Assembly (NCBI GenBank): GCA_951406725.2
Contig: OX597822.1
Span: forward strand, 4,526,001-4,590,000
Direction: 5' to 3'
Origin: Octopus vulgaris
Taxonomy: Eukaryota
Length of the DNA stretch: 64,000 nt
Positions 25,901-36,976 of the stretch are shown piece by piece. Every line of letters begins with the position of its first letter. The first letter of the stretch is position 1. A program made the position numbers and the translations under genes. Under the pieces are notes generated by a model. The model did no database searches and had not been told where the DNA came from. It saw only the letters and a list, made by a program, of their open reading frames with translations.

Positions 25901-26850
25901 AAAGAAATAGAGAAAGTAAAATCCCAAGAATGGTTGAGAAGCTAAGGACTCAATGCAGTGATTGAAGGATTTTTAATTGTAGCACAAGATCAAAGCCTTT
26001 TCTGAGGTGTGTCCAGAAAGGGTCTCAGAAAATGACAAAGCAACCATCCTCTGGGATATGCCAATACACACAGATAGAGAAATCAAGGCTAATAGATGAG
26101 ATATAGTTTTCAGAGATCCCTAAGAATAAAAATGCCTTCTAATTGATGTATGAATACCAACAGAAGTCACTAAAAGCACATAATTAAAAAAAAAATACAA
26201 GTAAATGCAGAATATGTGATGGTGAAGCAATAGTAAATCATTGTCTCTTGCTGCCTAGAATTGGTTAAGAAGGAATATTCACAGACATGACAGAGTTGGG
26301 AGTTATATACACTGGAAACTATGCCAACACTATGGAATGACAACAGAAAAAAGATGGTATGGGCACACCCTAGAAAAGGTCTCAGAAAATGACAAACAAC
26401 CATACACTGGGATATACCAATACACACTGATAGAAAAATCAAAGCTAATAGATGAGACATAGTTGTCAGGGATCACCAAGAATAAAAATGTCTTCTAATT
26501 GATGTATCGATACCAACAGATGACATTTTATCTTTAAATGAAACTGAGAAACTCTCAAAATGCAAGGATCTGGAAATAGAGGTAACTTTAATGTGGAGCT
26601 AAAAACAGAAACAATCCCTATGATAATAAGTGCATTGGGAATGATTAAAAAACATTCAGACAAACACATAACCAAAATACCAACACTTACAAATGTATAT
26701 AACATATAGATAATAGCACTACTAGGCACTGCACACATCCTACATAAAGCACTTTCGATACAGTGAAAATATGGGTACCACAATAAACCACAGCACATAC
26801 CCGAGGCACACAGAGCTGCACTCGGTAGTGCAGTGAATAATAATAATAAT
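22924..26850 (+). mobile_element. Near full-length, decayed R4-clade (Dong/Rex6-like) non-LTR retrotransposon
   Basis: EEFWKEVWS, NWEAPGYDKIPNFWLK, PEWLTEGKTILVPK, NYTPITCL, GCKDQLLI, IRRGIFQG, LLYTDDLKL, YKYLGI; RLE WDIPIHTDRKIKANR*DIV...IDVSIP. Preceded by ATAATAAT (22916-22923) and ends in (TAA)n (26836-26850), the known Dong target. Confidence 0.85.
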
Positions 26851-26852
26851 TA

Positions 26853-27530
26853 TCCTTTTTACTAAAGGCACAAGGCCTGAAATTTTGGGAGAGGGAACTA
26901 GTCAAGTACATCGACCCCAGTATTCCACTGGTACTTAATTTATCAATCCCAAAAGGATGAAAGGCGAAGTTGACCTCTGCAGAGGTTGAACTTAAAATGT
27001 AGCAATGGGCAAAATACTAATCCTTTCTACTAAAGACATAAGGCCTGAAATTTGGTGGAGGGGTCTAGTTGAGTACATCGACCCCAGTGTTCCACTGGTA
27101 CTTAATTTATTGACCCTGAAACGCTGAAAAGCAAAGTTGACCTTGGTGGGATTTGAACTCAAAATGTAAGTACAGACGAAATGCTACTAAGCTCCTAGTA
27201 CTTGACTGGTACTTCACTTTTTTTACCCACTAGGATGAAAGGTAAAGGTAACCTCAACGGAGTTTGAACTTGGAACATAAGGAGCAAGAACAAATACTGT
27301 AAACACTCTAACAATTCTGCCAGCTGGTTGTCCCCAGATAGTATAATGGTTTCTGACTTAGGCACAAGGCCAGCAATTTTGAGGGGAGGTTGCTTTGTCA
27401 GTAGTTGACTGGTACTTTATGTTATTGATCCTGAAATGATGAAAGCAAAGTTGATTTGAACTCAGAATGAAAAGAATCGACAGAAATACTGCAAGGAGCG
27501 TTTCCCAATACTCAGACAATTCTGTCTGTT
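26853..27530 (-). repeat. Head-to-tail array of about 4 diverged SINE family E-related units
   Basis: Recurring aggcacaaggcctgaaatttt...cgaccccagt...actggtact...gatgaaaggcaaagttgacc...tttgaactc. Confidence 0.75.
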
Positions 27531-27767
27531 CACTGGTATTATTATTTTATTATCCTTGTTACTAAAATATTTCTATTAAAAAAGAATGCAATGAGTAGCG
27601 CAAGAGTGGCTGTGGTAAGAAGCTTGCTTCCCAACCACATGGTTCTGGGTTCAGTCCCACTGCATGGCATCTTGAGCAAGTGTCTTCTACTATTGCCTTG
27701 GGCTGACCAAAACCTTGTGAGTGGATTTGGTAGACGGAAACTGAAAGAAGCCTGTTGTGTGTAATTT

Positions 27768-28520
27768 ACACAGGTGATTTTCAGAATAAAATTTGTTAAA
27801 GAAAGCTTCTACTCATGTAAAATTCGCACCCAAAAGCTTTCAGAATTACTGGCATGGCTAAGTGGAAAAGGTTTTCAATTTAATGGCATTCAGCATAATT
27901 TTACTTATGATTAGATTTTATTGAATTTTCATTAAATAAAAATAATTTCTGTTTAACAAGTATCACATTAAAAACTATTAAATTACAAAGTGTTTGTGTT
28001 ATTTATTTTACAGTTCTTGCCCACAAGAGATTATGTCCAATCTTTAGCCTACTGCTGTATGTCTTCTCAAATCATGGGCACAAGAAAAGTTAAGAATTAT
28101 CAACAAAAACTAAACTGATAAATACGCACAGGTGTTGCAAATTAAGTTTAATTACCAATAAACATCAGCCTGGATGACACTTGACTCAACTGACAGAGGA
28201 AGGCGACCGATCAAACTGATTATGTAAACAGAATTCTGATTCGTAGAAAGCATCTTTTTGTCCAAGTTCTGATTTTTTGCCTATTCTTGTCAGAACCTTT
28301 GATACGGAATATCAAAATTTTAATCCTTTTCACACTTATGAAATGTCAAGCAAACTTAAAAATTTGTCATTACCAGTATGGGCAGAACTTAGGAATCGTT
28401 TACTGTGAAGGAGAAATTAAATATTGTTGAATATGCAATGGAGCTTGGCAATAGATCTGCTCAGAATCTATGATACGGAGCATTCTAATATTGATGAAGC
28501 CAATGTTTTGTGAGGAGTGT
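27768..28520 (+). mobile_element. Possible Tc1/mariner remnant
   Basis: TA-CACAGG start and an eroded ILxxDEA-like motif near 28485-28505; heavily decayed. Confidence 0.3.
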
Positions 28521-28790
28521 TGACTGGCATAAACAGTGTGACAGTGTGACAGACTTAAAACTGTGCCAGTGGCACGTAAAAAGCACCCACTACATTCTCG
28601 GAGTGGTTGGCGTTAGGAAGGGCATCCAGCTGTAGAAACATTACCAAATCAGACTGGAGCCTGGTGCAGCCTCCTGGCTTCCCAGACCCTGGTCGAACCG
28701 TCCAACCCATGCTAGCATGGAAAACAGACACTAAACAATGATGATGATGATGATGATGATTCTTTTATTGTTTCCTCTATTTGTTGTGTA

Positions 28791-28823
<33 letters not shown>

Positions 28824-29084
28824 AGTTGCCATAATAGTGCTAGGTGACAATTGTGTTGTGTAATGTGGAGAGTGAGATTATTTTTTTTTGTATTATTTGT
28901 ATTCTTATGACAATTTGACTTCTGTCATCCATGAATATCCAATATCTGATATTCTGATAAATAAATATGTGTATTAAATATCGAATTTATGTGTTTGTGT
29001 GTATATGAGAAGGAGAGAATGGAGGAAAGCAAAGAGAAAGAGGTTATGGGAGAGAGAAAGAGAGTGGATGGGAGAAAGAAAGTG

Positions 29085-29307
29085 AGAGAGAGAGAGTGAA
29101 GAAGAGAAAGAATGAAGGAAAGAAACAGAGTGAGGAAGAGAAAGAGAGAGAGAGTGAAGAAGAGAAAGAATGAAGGAAAGAAACAGAGTGAGGAAGAGAA
29201 AGAGAGAGAGAGTGAAGGAGAGAAAGAATGAAGGAAAGAAAGAGAGTGAGGAAGAGAAAGAGAGAGAGAGTGAAGAAGAGAAAGAATTAAGGAAAGAAAC
29301 AGAGTGA

Positions 29308-29347
<40 letters not shown>

Positions 29348-29379
29348 AAGAAAAAGAATTAAGGAAAGAAACAGAGTGA

Positions 29380-29421
<42 letters not shown>

Positions 29422-29470
29422 AAGAAAAAGAATTAAGGAAAGAAACAGAGTGAGGAAGAGAGAGAGAGAG
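29085..29470 (+). repeat. Polypurine minisatellite, about 6 units of about 58-75 bp
   Basis: GAGTGAAGAAGAGAAAGAATGAAGGAAAGAAACAGAGTGAGGAAGAG plus a variable (GA)n. Confidence 0.9.
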
Positions 29471-30585
29471 AAAGAGAGAGAGAGTTGGGAAAGGAATGAG
29501 AAAGTAGAGGAGAGATACAGAGAGAACGAAGGAAAGAAATAGAGAGAGAAAGAGCAAATAAGAGAAAGATGGTGCAAAAGAGTAAGAGAGAAAGGGAGAG
29601 AAAAACGAATGTGTTGGAGAATGAGAGTTGTCTTTACCATGTGTAATATTTGTTTTTCAAGATAGAACAGCTGCAAATATCCATTCACTAAGTTGGGCAA
29701 AAATGTCCCAAACTGTCTTTACATCATTTATTGCATTTTCCCATCACAATTGAAATACAAAATAACAAAAGCAAAAAGCTATTACATGCATATTGGACAT
29801 GTTAAATACATCTATTTAGAATCAACCTTCTCAGAAATATTTATGTATACACACATACAAATGTTATACCTGAGGAAATAAGAAAAAAAAAAGGAAACTC
29901 TTTGTGGAAAATATTTACAAATTTGCATTTTTGTTTGTATTTTATTTGTTAACAAATTACCAAGTAAGTGAGATATTTCGTTCATTCATTCATTTTTACA
30001 TCCATTTTGCCTTATGCTTGCATGGGATAAAACAGACATATTACTGAGGCCAGATACCCTTCCTGTCATTAACTCTTACCATTCTTTCAAGAAATCGAGT
30101 GATTTCTGGAAAATATAAACAAATACACACACACACATGCACACACACACACACACACACACATACACACATGCACATATGTACACACACTTAACTTCTA
30201 TATTTTACTTGTGTCAGTCATTGTACTGCAGCTATGCTGGGGCATTGCTTTAAGGGTTTAGGTAAACAATTTGTCTCCAGGACATAACTTTAAATCTGAT
30301 ACTTACTTTAGTGATCCCTTTTGCTGAAGCGGGACGTAAAAAAAAACCAACACCAGTTGTCAAGTGATGGTGGGAGACAAATACAAGCACAGACACACAC
30401 ATTTATATATATATACAAATTGAGATAGGGGTTGCAAGTGCAACCCTCCATGGGATAACATATATCCAATATACTGCTAGTGAAGTACCCAACAAAGTAA
30501 TACATAAATGTTAAGAATTGTGATGCAATTAATTCATTTATTGTATTATATGGGCAAAGGTAAAATGTTTTACCACAAATTAATA

Positions 30586-30730
30586 ATACAAAATAAGAAA
30601 ATGGAAAAACACATCTTAATCAATGATCAACTACCAGATAACACCCAATCACATAATTATTAAATTATGTGATTGGGTATTATCTGGTAGTTGATCATTG
30701 ATTAAGATGTGTTTCTCCATTTTCTTATTT

Positions 30731-30735
<5 letters not shown>
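30586..30735. repeat. Near-perfect inverted repeat with about 73-bp arms abutting (TA)n
   Basis: acaaaataagaaaatgga...cccaatcacataatt / aattatgtgattggg...tccattttcttattttgt, with 2 visible mismatches. Confidence 0.9.
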
Positions 30736-30779
<44 letters not shown>

Positions 30780-30903
30780 TGGCTACCGAATAATTGCCCC
30801 ATATTACGTTTACAGACGAAGAATTTTCTCCAAAAGTTTTAAATTCCTCTATTTACATAATATCAAGTTCGTTTTCATTCTTTTGTTGTTTTACCATTTC
30901 TAT

Positions 30904-30939
<36 letters not shown>

Positions 30940-31226
30940 GATGGCCTTCCACCTCCCAATGCACTGGTCAGCTTGGGGCTGTAGCAGAAGACACTTGTCT
31001 ATGGTGCTGTATGTTGGGACTGAACCTAAAACTACATGGATGCAAAGCAATCTTCCTAACAATGCAGCTATGCCTGTGCTCTATGTTGTAAAGTAAGCTT
31101 CTTAACCACACAGTTGTGCATGCTCCCTATATAAGGAAATTGGTTTGGGAATTGAAAATGCAGCTAGGTGTTAAACCAAATTGTAATTTTTCGAAGTCTT
31201 TTTTAAAATCTTATTAAAATACCAAA

Positions 31227-34200
31227 CTTGTTTCAACAATTATTTTTGTTTTTCAATGGTAAATATGAAATAAAAAAATAATAAAATGAAAGATAAAAGT
31301 TTTAAAGAAAGAGAATGCACAGGAGAAAGTTCCATAGCAGTAAAATATACTAAAAAAAAAATCAAATGTTAAATAGGTTTCATAGCAAAATTACATGAGG
31401 AAAATTCAAGAATTCAATAAGTTTCACAGCAATAGGAAATGATGAAAGCTTAAAGGTTCGATAAATTTCATAGCAATAATACATGATAGAAATTTGAAAG
31501 TTCAATAGGTTTCAAAGCAATAAGTTATGTCAGCAATTAGATATGTTGGAGATTTTAAGGAATAAAAACAAATTTTTTTTACAACTTCTCTTGTATTGTG
31601 TGAAGGAAAATTGTTCATCATTTGCTTTATTCATGGGACTAGAATGATGTTTCAGGCCAATATTGCTTAGTATGTATAGGTTTTAAGCTGAAGGTTCAAG
31701 TCCTGATTGGTTTCTTATTCAAGGATATCACATGTTTTTTTTCTGCCTGTGGTTTAGAAATCTGTTTTGGAATTTTGTTGAAAATTACTCCAAACAGAAT
31801 TATTCGACAAAAGAATTAATGACGAATCAATGCTTCACAATAAAAATAACTACAGACCAGTAAAATGTAGGAGACAAATTATGTGATTTTCCTTATTATT
31901 TATTACCTCATCTGATATTTAAATAAAATACCAGGCAAAATGAATGGGGAAAAAGTTACCAATGGTCTAAAGAATGACTACAATATAGTTATCAAAGAAG
32001 TTGATAAAGGTAGTGCTGAAGTCATTACAAACTCAGAACATTACAAAACCATTGTACTATCTCAACTTTGTGGCAACAGCAGTTATGAAAAGGAAAAAAA
32101 ATTACCAACAATCTACAATGATGAAGAAACTCACAACCTTCATCCAGCAGTTCCAAAAGGACTTAACAGAAGGAAACAGAGACTATTCAATGAGATTTGA
32201 ATACAAAATCAGCAACTTTTATGGACCCCAAAAAGTTCACAAGAGCAAAACAACAAATTAAGACTAACTGTAGCAGAGCCATCTTGTGAAACTTAGTAAC
32301 CTTATTTATATACTTTTAAATCCTATTCTTAAACATATATCAAGCTTCATAAGAAAGCATTTCATCTTTCTGAACCACTTTCCAAATAAAACCAAAACAG
32401 ACACTCTTTTTGTCTGATTTGATGTGGTAAATCTCTACACCACTATTCTACATGAATACGGATTAGAAGCCATACAATTCTGCCAGGAAAAGTTTTCAAA
32501 TGACCTACCTGAACCAAATGGCAAAAAAAAAATATATCACTGAAGGATTAAAGTTCACCCTATAAAATAAAGTTTTCAATTTCTGTGACATCAAAAGACA
32601 AATATCAGGGACTACAATGGGCATGAAGTAGCCCTCACATATGCTAATCTTGTTGTGGCATACTTAGCAGTCCAAATACATGAACACTCCAAATAAAAAT
32701 TTTACAATAACTTCTATAAATACCTATTTACCTACTGTAAATGCTACCTTGATGATTGTTTCAGCCTCTGAACATACAACTGGATCAACTCTATAAGTTT
32801 AAAAACCTTGTACAAACCACAGTATCTGATTCCCAATTGAATACAGTCAAGAACAACTACCCTTCTTGGACATCTTAATCATAAAAAGATATATGAACAT
32901 TGAAACAAATATCTACTTCAAACCAATATATTCAAAACAATATTATTTATTTCCTACCATCTTAAACATGAAGATTAATATACCTTTTAACCTGGCAAGA
33001 AGAAACTGCACAATACTATCCACTCCTAAAAACCAGGAGAAATGACTTCAAGAATTTATTAATATATTAGCAGTATCGCCCGGCATTGCTCGGGTTTGTA
33101 AAATGCATTAAAAATGGGAAAAATTGATGGTAAATTTTTTTAAAAATCATAGACGCGCGCTAATACCCAGAAGGGCTCGATATAAATCACGACTATAAGA
33201 TACCCGGTTTTGGTTAAACTGCACCTCAAAATGTGGGAGTAGTTAGGAATCTAAATCGTAGGAGACAGACAGCACACCACCTCACTTTTATATATAAAGA
33301 TTACTTGATAGACAATATCTAGTAACTCTAATTAGTAATGGAATACAACAGGCAAAAATTATAGACTTTAAAGAATTACGAAAACAAGACACACCTACTT
33401 AATACTTTGCCCTTTATTTTGACACATCATTCAACTATGGCAGTAGTTGAGTAATATTCTTAAGACCACAATTTACTCACATGCAGCATCTTTCAGAGCT
33501 TATCGCTAATTCCGTTCTTAACCAAATGAAAAACTGTTAACTTTTTGAAGAGAACTGGTCCCTAGCTAGATTTTGGCATTAAAAAAATTGAGATTTGGTC
33601 CAGCAGAAAAAATTGTAGTGATGTTATAGGAGAGTAAATAATGCTACCAATCAAGTTCAGATCTAAATAACTCTGAGACACAGAATCATGGTACTCTACC
33701 AACAGATCTGAGTCCTGAGGACCAGAACAATCTAGATTTTGCTCATCAAGCAAACAGCCAAATACCAAAAGTTCCCTCTATTTCAATACATTGGGGACAT
33801 CAACCAGTTCTGATTAAATACAGAAATATGTTTATTTAGAAATATAAACCAAAACTAAATACTTTATAACATCACAATAGAATGAGGAAAACAATGTTTA
33901 TTTGACTCAACTAAAAACAACTAGAAACAGTAAAAATGATAAAAGTAAATGAAAAGTTGAGGTAAAGGGCTTCTGCTAGGATTCAATGCCCTAACTGCAA
34001 ATGATTGTGTAATTACACTTGTTCAGCACTATTTGCTGATGTCACCCTAGGATTGACCAATTGGACTTTGTTTTTGGTTAAAACTGGACTCACAGAGAAA
34101 AAATAAAAAGATAAAACAAATAATGCTGTTAAATACTGAGTTGACCATGGCACCAGAAAAATAAATGGCATCTTAAGGTGGGGGTGGAGGAGCACTCAAG

Positions 34201-35103
34201 CAGGACAACTGTTAGACAAAACAAGTGACCAACACATTTAATAAAGAAATGGTGGCCACGAAAAAATCAACCAACCAGAGCAATAGGCTTAAAAATTGGA
34301 TTAAAAATGTGACCAGGAGAGATGAGAAATGACTCCAGGCAGCCAACCAACCAGAATGCTGGACTACTGTCAAAAGTAATAAGTAACAAGAACATATGAT
34401 AAACAAATGATGCACTCAAGTGGTCAACCAACTAGAACGCTTAGCCACAGGTGAGTAAAAACATGTGATGTTCTTGAATGTGTAGCCAATCAGGACTTAA
34501 ACCTATGTCATAAGACCTATATATATATATATATACGTGATCACGTATACAAAACAATATTAGCTTGAAACATGGTTGGAGTTCCATGATTTAAGCAAAT
34601 GGTGGAAAATTTTCTTTCAGACATCATAATAAACACTCACAACGGCCAGTCTGGGAATCGAAACCGCAAGTCCGCTGCCCTAACCGCTGGGCCATTGCGC
34701 CTCTACGTATATATATATACAAAAGAATATTAGCTTGAAACATGGTTGGAGTTCCATGATTTAAGCAAATGGTGGAAAAGTTTCTTTCAGACATCATAAT
34801 AGAAACAAATAAAAGAATAAAAGAATATGTAATTGCTGACATAACTTATTGTATTGAAGCCCATTGAACTTTCAAATTTCTATCATTTATTACTATAAAA
34901 TTTACTGAATATTTGAACTTTTGTAATTTCCTACTGCTGTGAAACTTACTGAATTCTTGAATTTTCCCCAAGTAATTTTGCTATGAAACCTATTTAACAT
35001 TTGATTCGAGTATGGTTATAGCAGAATGCACAAGAACTTTCTTCTGTGCATTCTGCTTCTTTTAAACTTTCTATTTACCATTGAATTAAGATTGTTGAAA
35101 CCA
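31227..35103 (+). mobile_element. Degenerate Penelope-like element with an inverted 5' copy of its 3' end
   Basis: RT motifs LKNDYNIVIKEVDKGS, FYGPQKVHK, FDVVNLYTTI.HEYGLEAI, GTTMG, YLDDCF, LPFLDILI and NIPFNLARR across 31960-33020. 31227-31760 is a diverged reverse complement of 34445-35103. Confidence 0.85.
33067..33300 (-). mobile_element. Non-autonomous Helitron inserted in the Penelope-like element
   Basis: Minus strand A|TCTTTATATATAAAA ... CCCGAGCAATGCCGGG hairpin, 8 nt, CTAA|T. This gives 5'-TC, a subterminal GC hairpin, a CTRR end, an A|T target and no TSD. Confidence 0.8.
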
Positions 35104-35107
35104 GTAT

Positions 35108-35479
35108 ACTCTTTTACTTATTTCAGTCGTTTGACTGCGGCCATGCTGGAGCACCACCTTTTAGTCGAGCAAATCAACCCCAGGATTTATTCTTTGTAAG
35201 CCTGGTACTTATTCTATCAGTCTCTTTTTGCTGAACCTCTAAGTTACTGGGACGTAAACACACCAGCATCGGTTGTCAAGTGATGTTGGGGGACAAACAC
35301 AGACGCACAAACATATACACAGACACACACAGACATATATATATATATATATATATTTACATATACATATATATGACAGGCTTCTTTCAGTTTCCGTCTA
35401 CCAAATCCACTCACAAGGTTTTGGTTGGCTCGAGGCTATAGTAGAAGACACTTGCCCAAGGTGCCACGCAGTGGGACTG
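35108..35479 (-). mobile_element. SINE family A, head truncated
   Basis: Collinear with 6210-6550. Confidence 0.8.
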
Positions 35480-35601
35480 GACAAATGTTGCTGTAATTTA
35501 GCCCCAGGAGACATTGTCTCCAGCTGGCTATACAACACAATCTGTGTCCTTATATTTTCAAACAAGGGCATTTAGCACCTCCCACTCAGCTCAAAACAAT
35601 A

Positions 35602-35646
35602 TCTGTGTATCGCAGTTTCTGGGTTATTTCTCTTCATCAGCACAGA
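35602..35646 (-). ncRNA. Minimal type-I hammerhead ribozyme-like motif (best preserved core)
   Basis: TCTGTG-CTGATGA-AGAGAAATAACCCA-GAAA-CTGCGA-TA-CACAGA: perfect 6-bp stem I and canonical CUGAUGA/GAAA boxes; stems II and III imperfect. Confidence 0.65.
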
Positions 35647-36542
35647 ATAATTGTTCAGTTAGAGGTGGCGCTGCCAAATTCTTGTTTGAAATATATAGTT
35701 TTTAAAGTGACAACTAGTCACTGATCTATTAAATAGAAAATTACTGTTTGTAAACCTCTCAATGAGAGGTATTCAGCAATAGTACTCTAGAGTAAAGATT
35801 GTTTGTCAACATAACACGGCAGTCCTGGTTTAGGACGAATGTTGTTTTGAGCTGTGTTGGGGTGCTAAATGCTCTTGTTTGAAAATATAAGGATACAAAT
35901 TGTGTTGTATAGCCAGCTGGAGACGATGTCTCCTGGGGCTAAATTACAGCAACATTCATCCTAAACCAGGACTGCCATGTTATGTTGGCAAACAATCTTT
36001 ACTCAAGAAATAGGATGTTGAGCAATAAAAGAATGAGGACTCTGCTCTAAAGAACAAATACCTTAGATATCATCTACAACAATTGGTATGCTAGTGTCAA
36101 CATATTTACTGCATGAAGTAGTAAAGTGCTAACTGCTAGAAATATTATCAGTGACTACTATATGTTTTGCAACATTTATTTTTCTTGCAAGTATAGGAAT
36201 GATTCCAGATATGTTGTAGCTTTACCCAACCTTCTTAGCACAGCATATCTTTCTCTATCCATTCTGAAGTAATTGTGAATGAAACATTAATTATGTATAA
36301 ATATACATATATTGTTGAAATAAAATAGTACTAAAAATTCTAATAACTTAGAATTCTTCTTTGCATATACTTAAGCAAGTATAATAAAACTGTACTTTAC
36401 TGATGAAGTGTGAATAAGATGTAAACATATCAAGAGTTGTTTCCCATATTTTCTGACCAAAAAAAGTGTAAACAATATTTGTCATTGAGTAATATTGTGT
36501 ATTTTTTCTTGTCTTATATTTCTAGTTAGTTCCATGCATTAA

Positions 36543-36976
36543 CCCTTTAGCATTTAAACTGGCCATATCCAGTTTTAAATATTCTACCAGTTTTATGTTG
36601 AAACTGTCCAGATCCAGCCTTTCATGCCTACCCTACAATGTCATTCTAAAAATAAACTATCACATCATCAAAATTTCAAGGCTCTGTGATAATGCTTGAT
36701 TAATTTTCAGAAATGTGGATAAATAAGCTTTCATCATCATCATCATCATCGTTTAACATCCGCCTTCCATGCTAGCATGGGTTGGACAGTTCAACTGGGG
36801 TCTGGGAAGCCCGAAGGCTGGACCAGGCCCAGTCAGATCTGGCAGTGTTTCTACAGCTGGATGCCCTTCCTAATGCCAACCACTCCGTGAGTGTAGTGGG
36901 TGCTTTTTATGTGCCACCGACATAGGTGCCAGACGAGGCTGGCGACATTTGATAAATTAATCCGAATACTAAAGGG
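36543..36976. mobile_element. piggyBac-type MITE carrying an inserted RTE-tail element (36731-36945)
   Basis: TTAA|CCCTTTAGCATT ... AATACTAAAGGG|TTAA: terminal inverted repeats and TTAA duplication. Confidence 0.8.

Noticed and set aside
30811-30843. Possible further hammerhead (TTTA-CAGACGA-AGAATTTTCT-CCAAAAGTT-TTAAA)
   Set aside because: Both conserved boxes are mutated, so it is too degenerate to distinguish from chance in AT-rich DNA.
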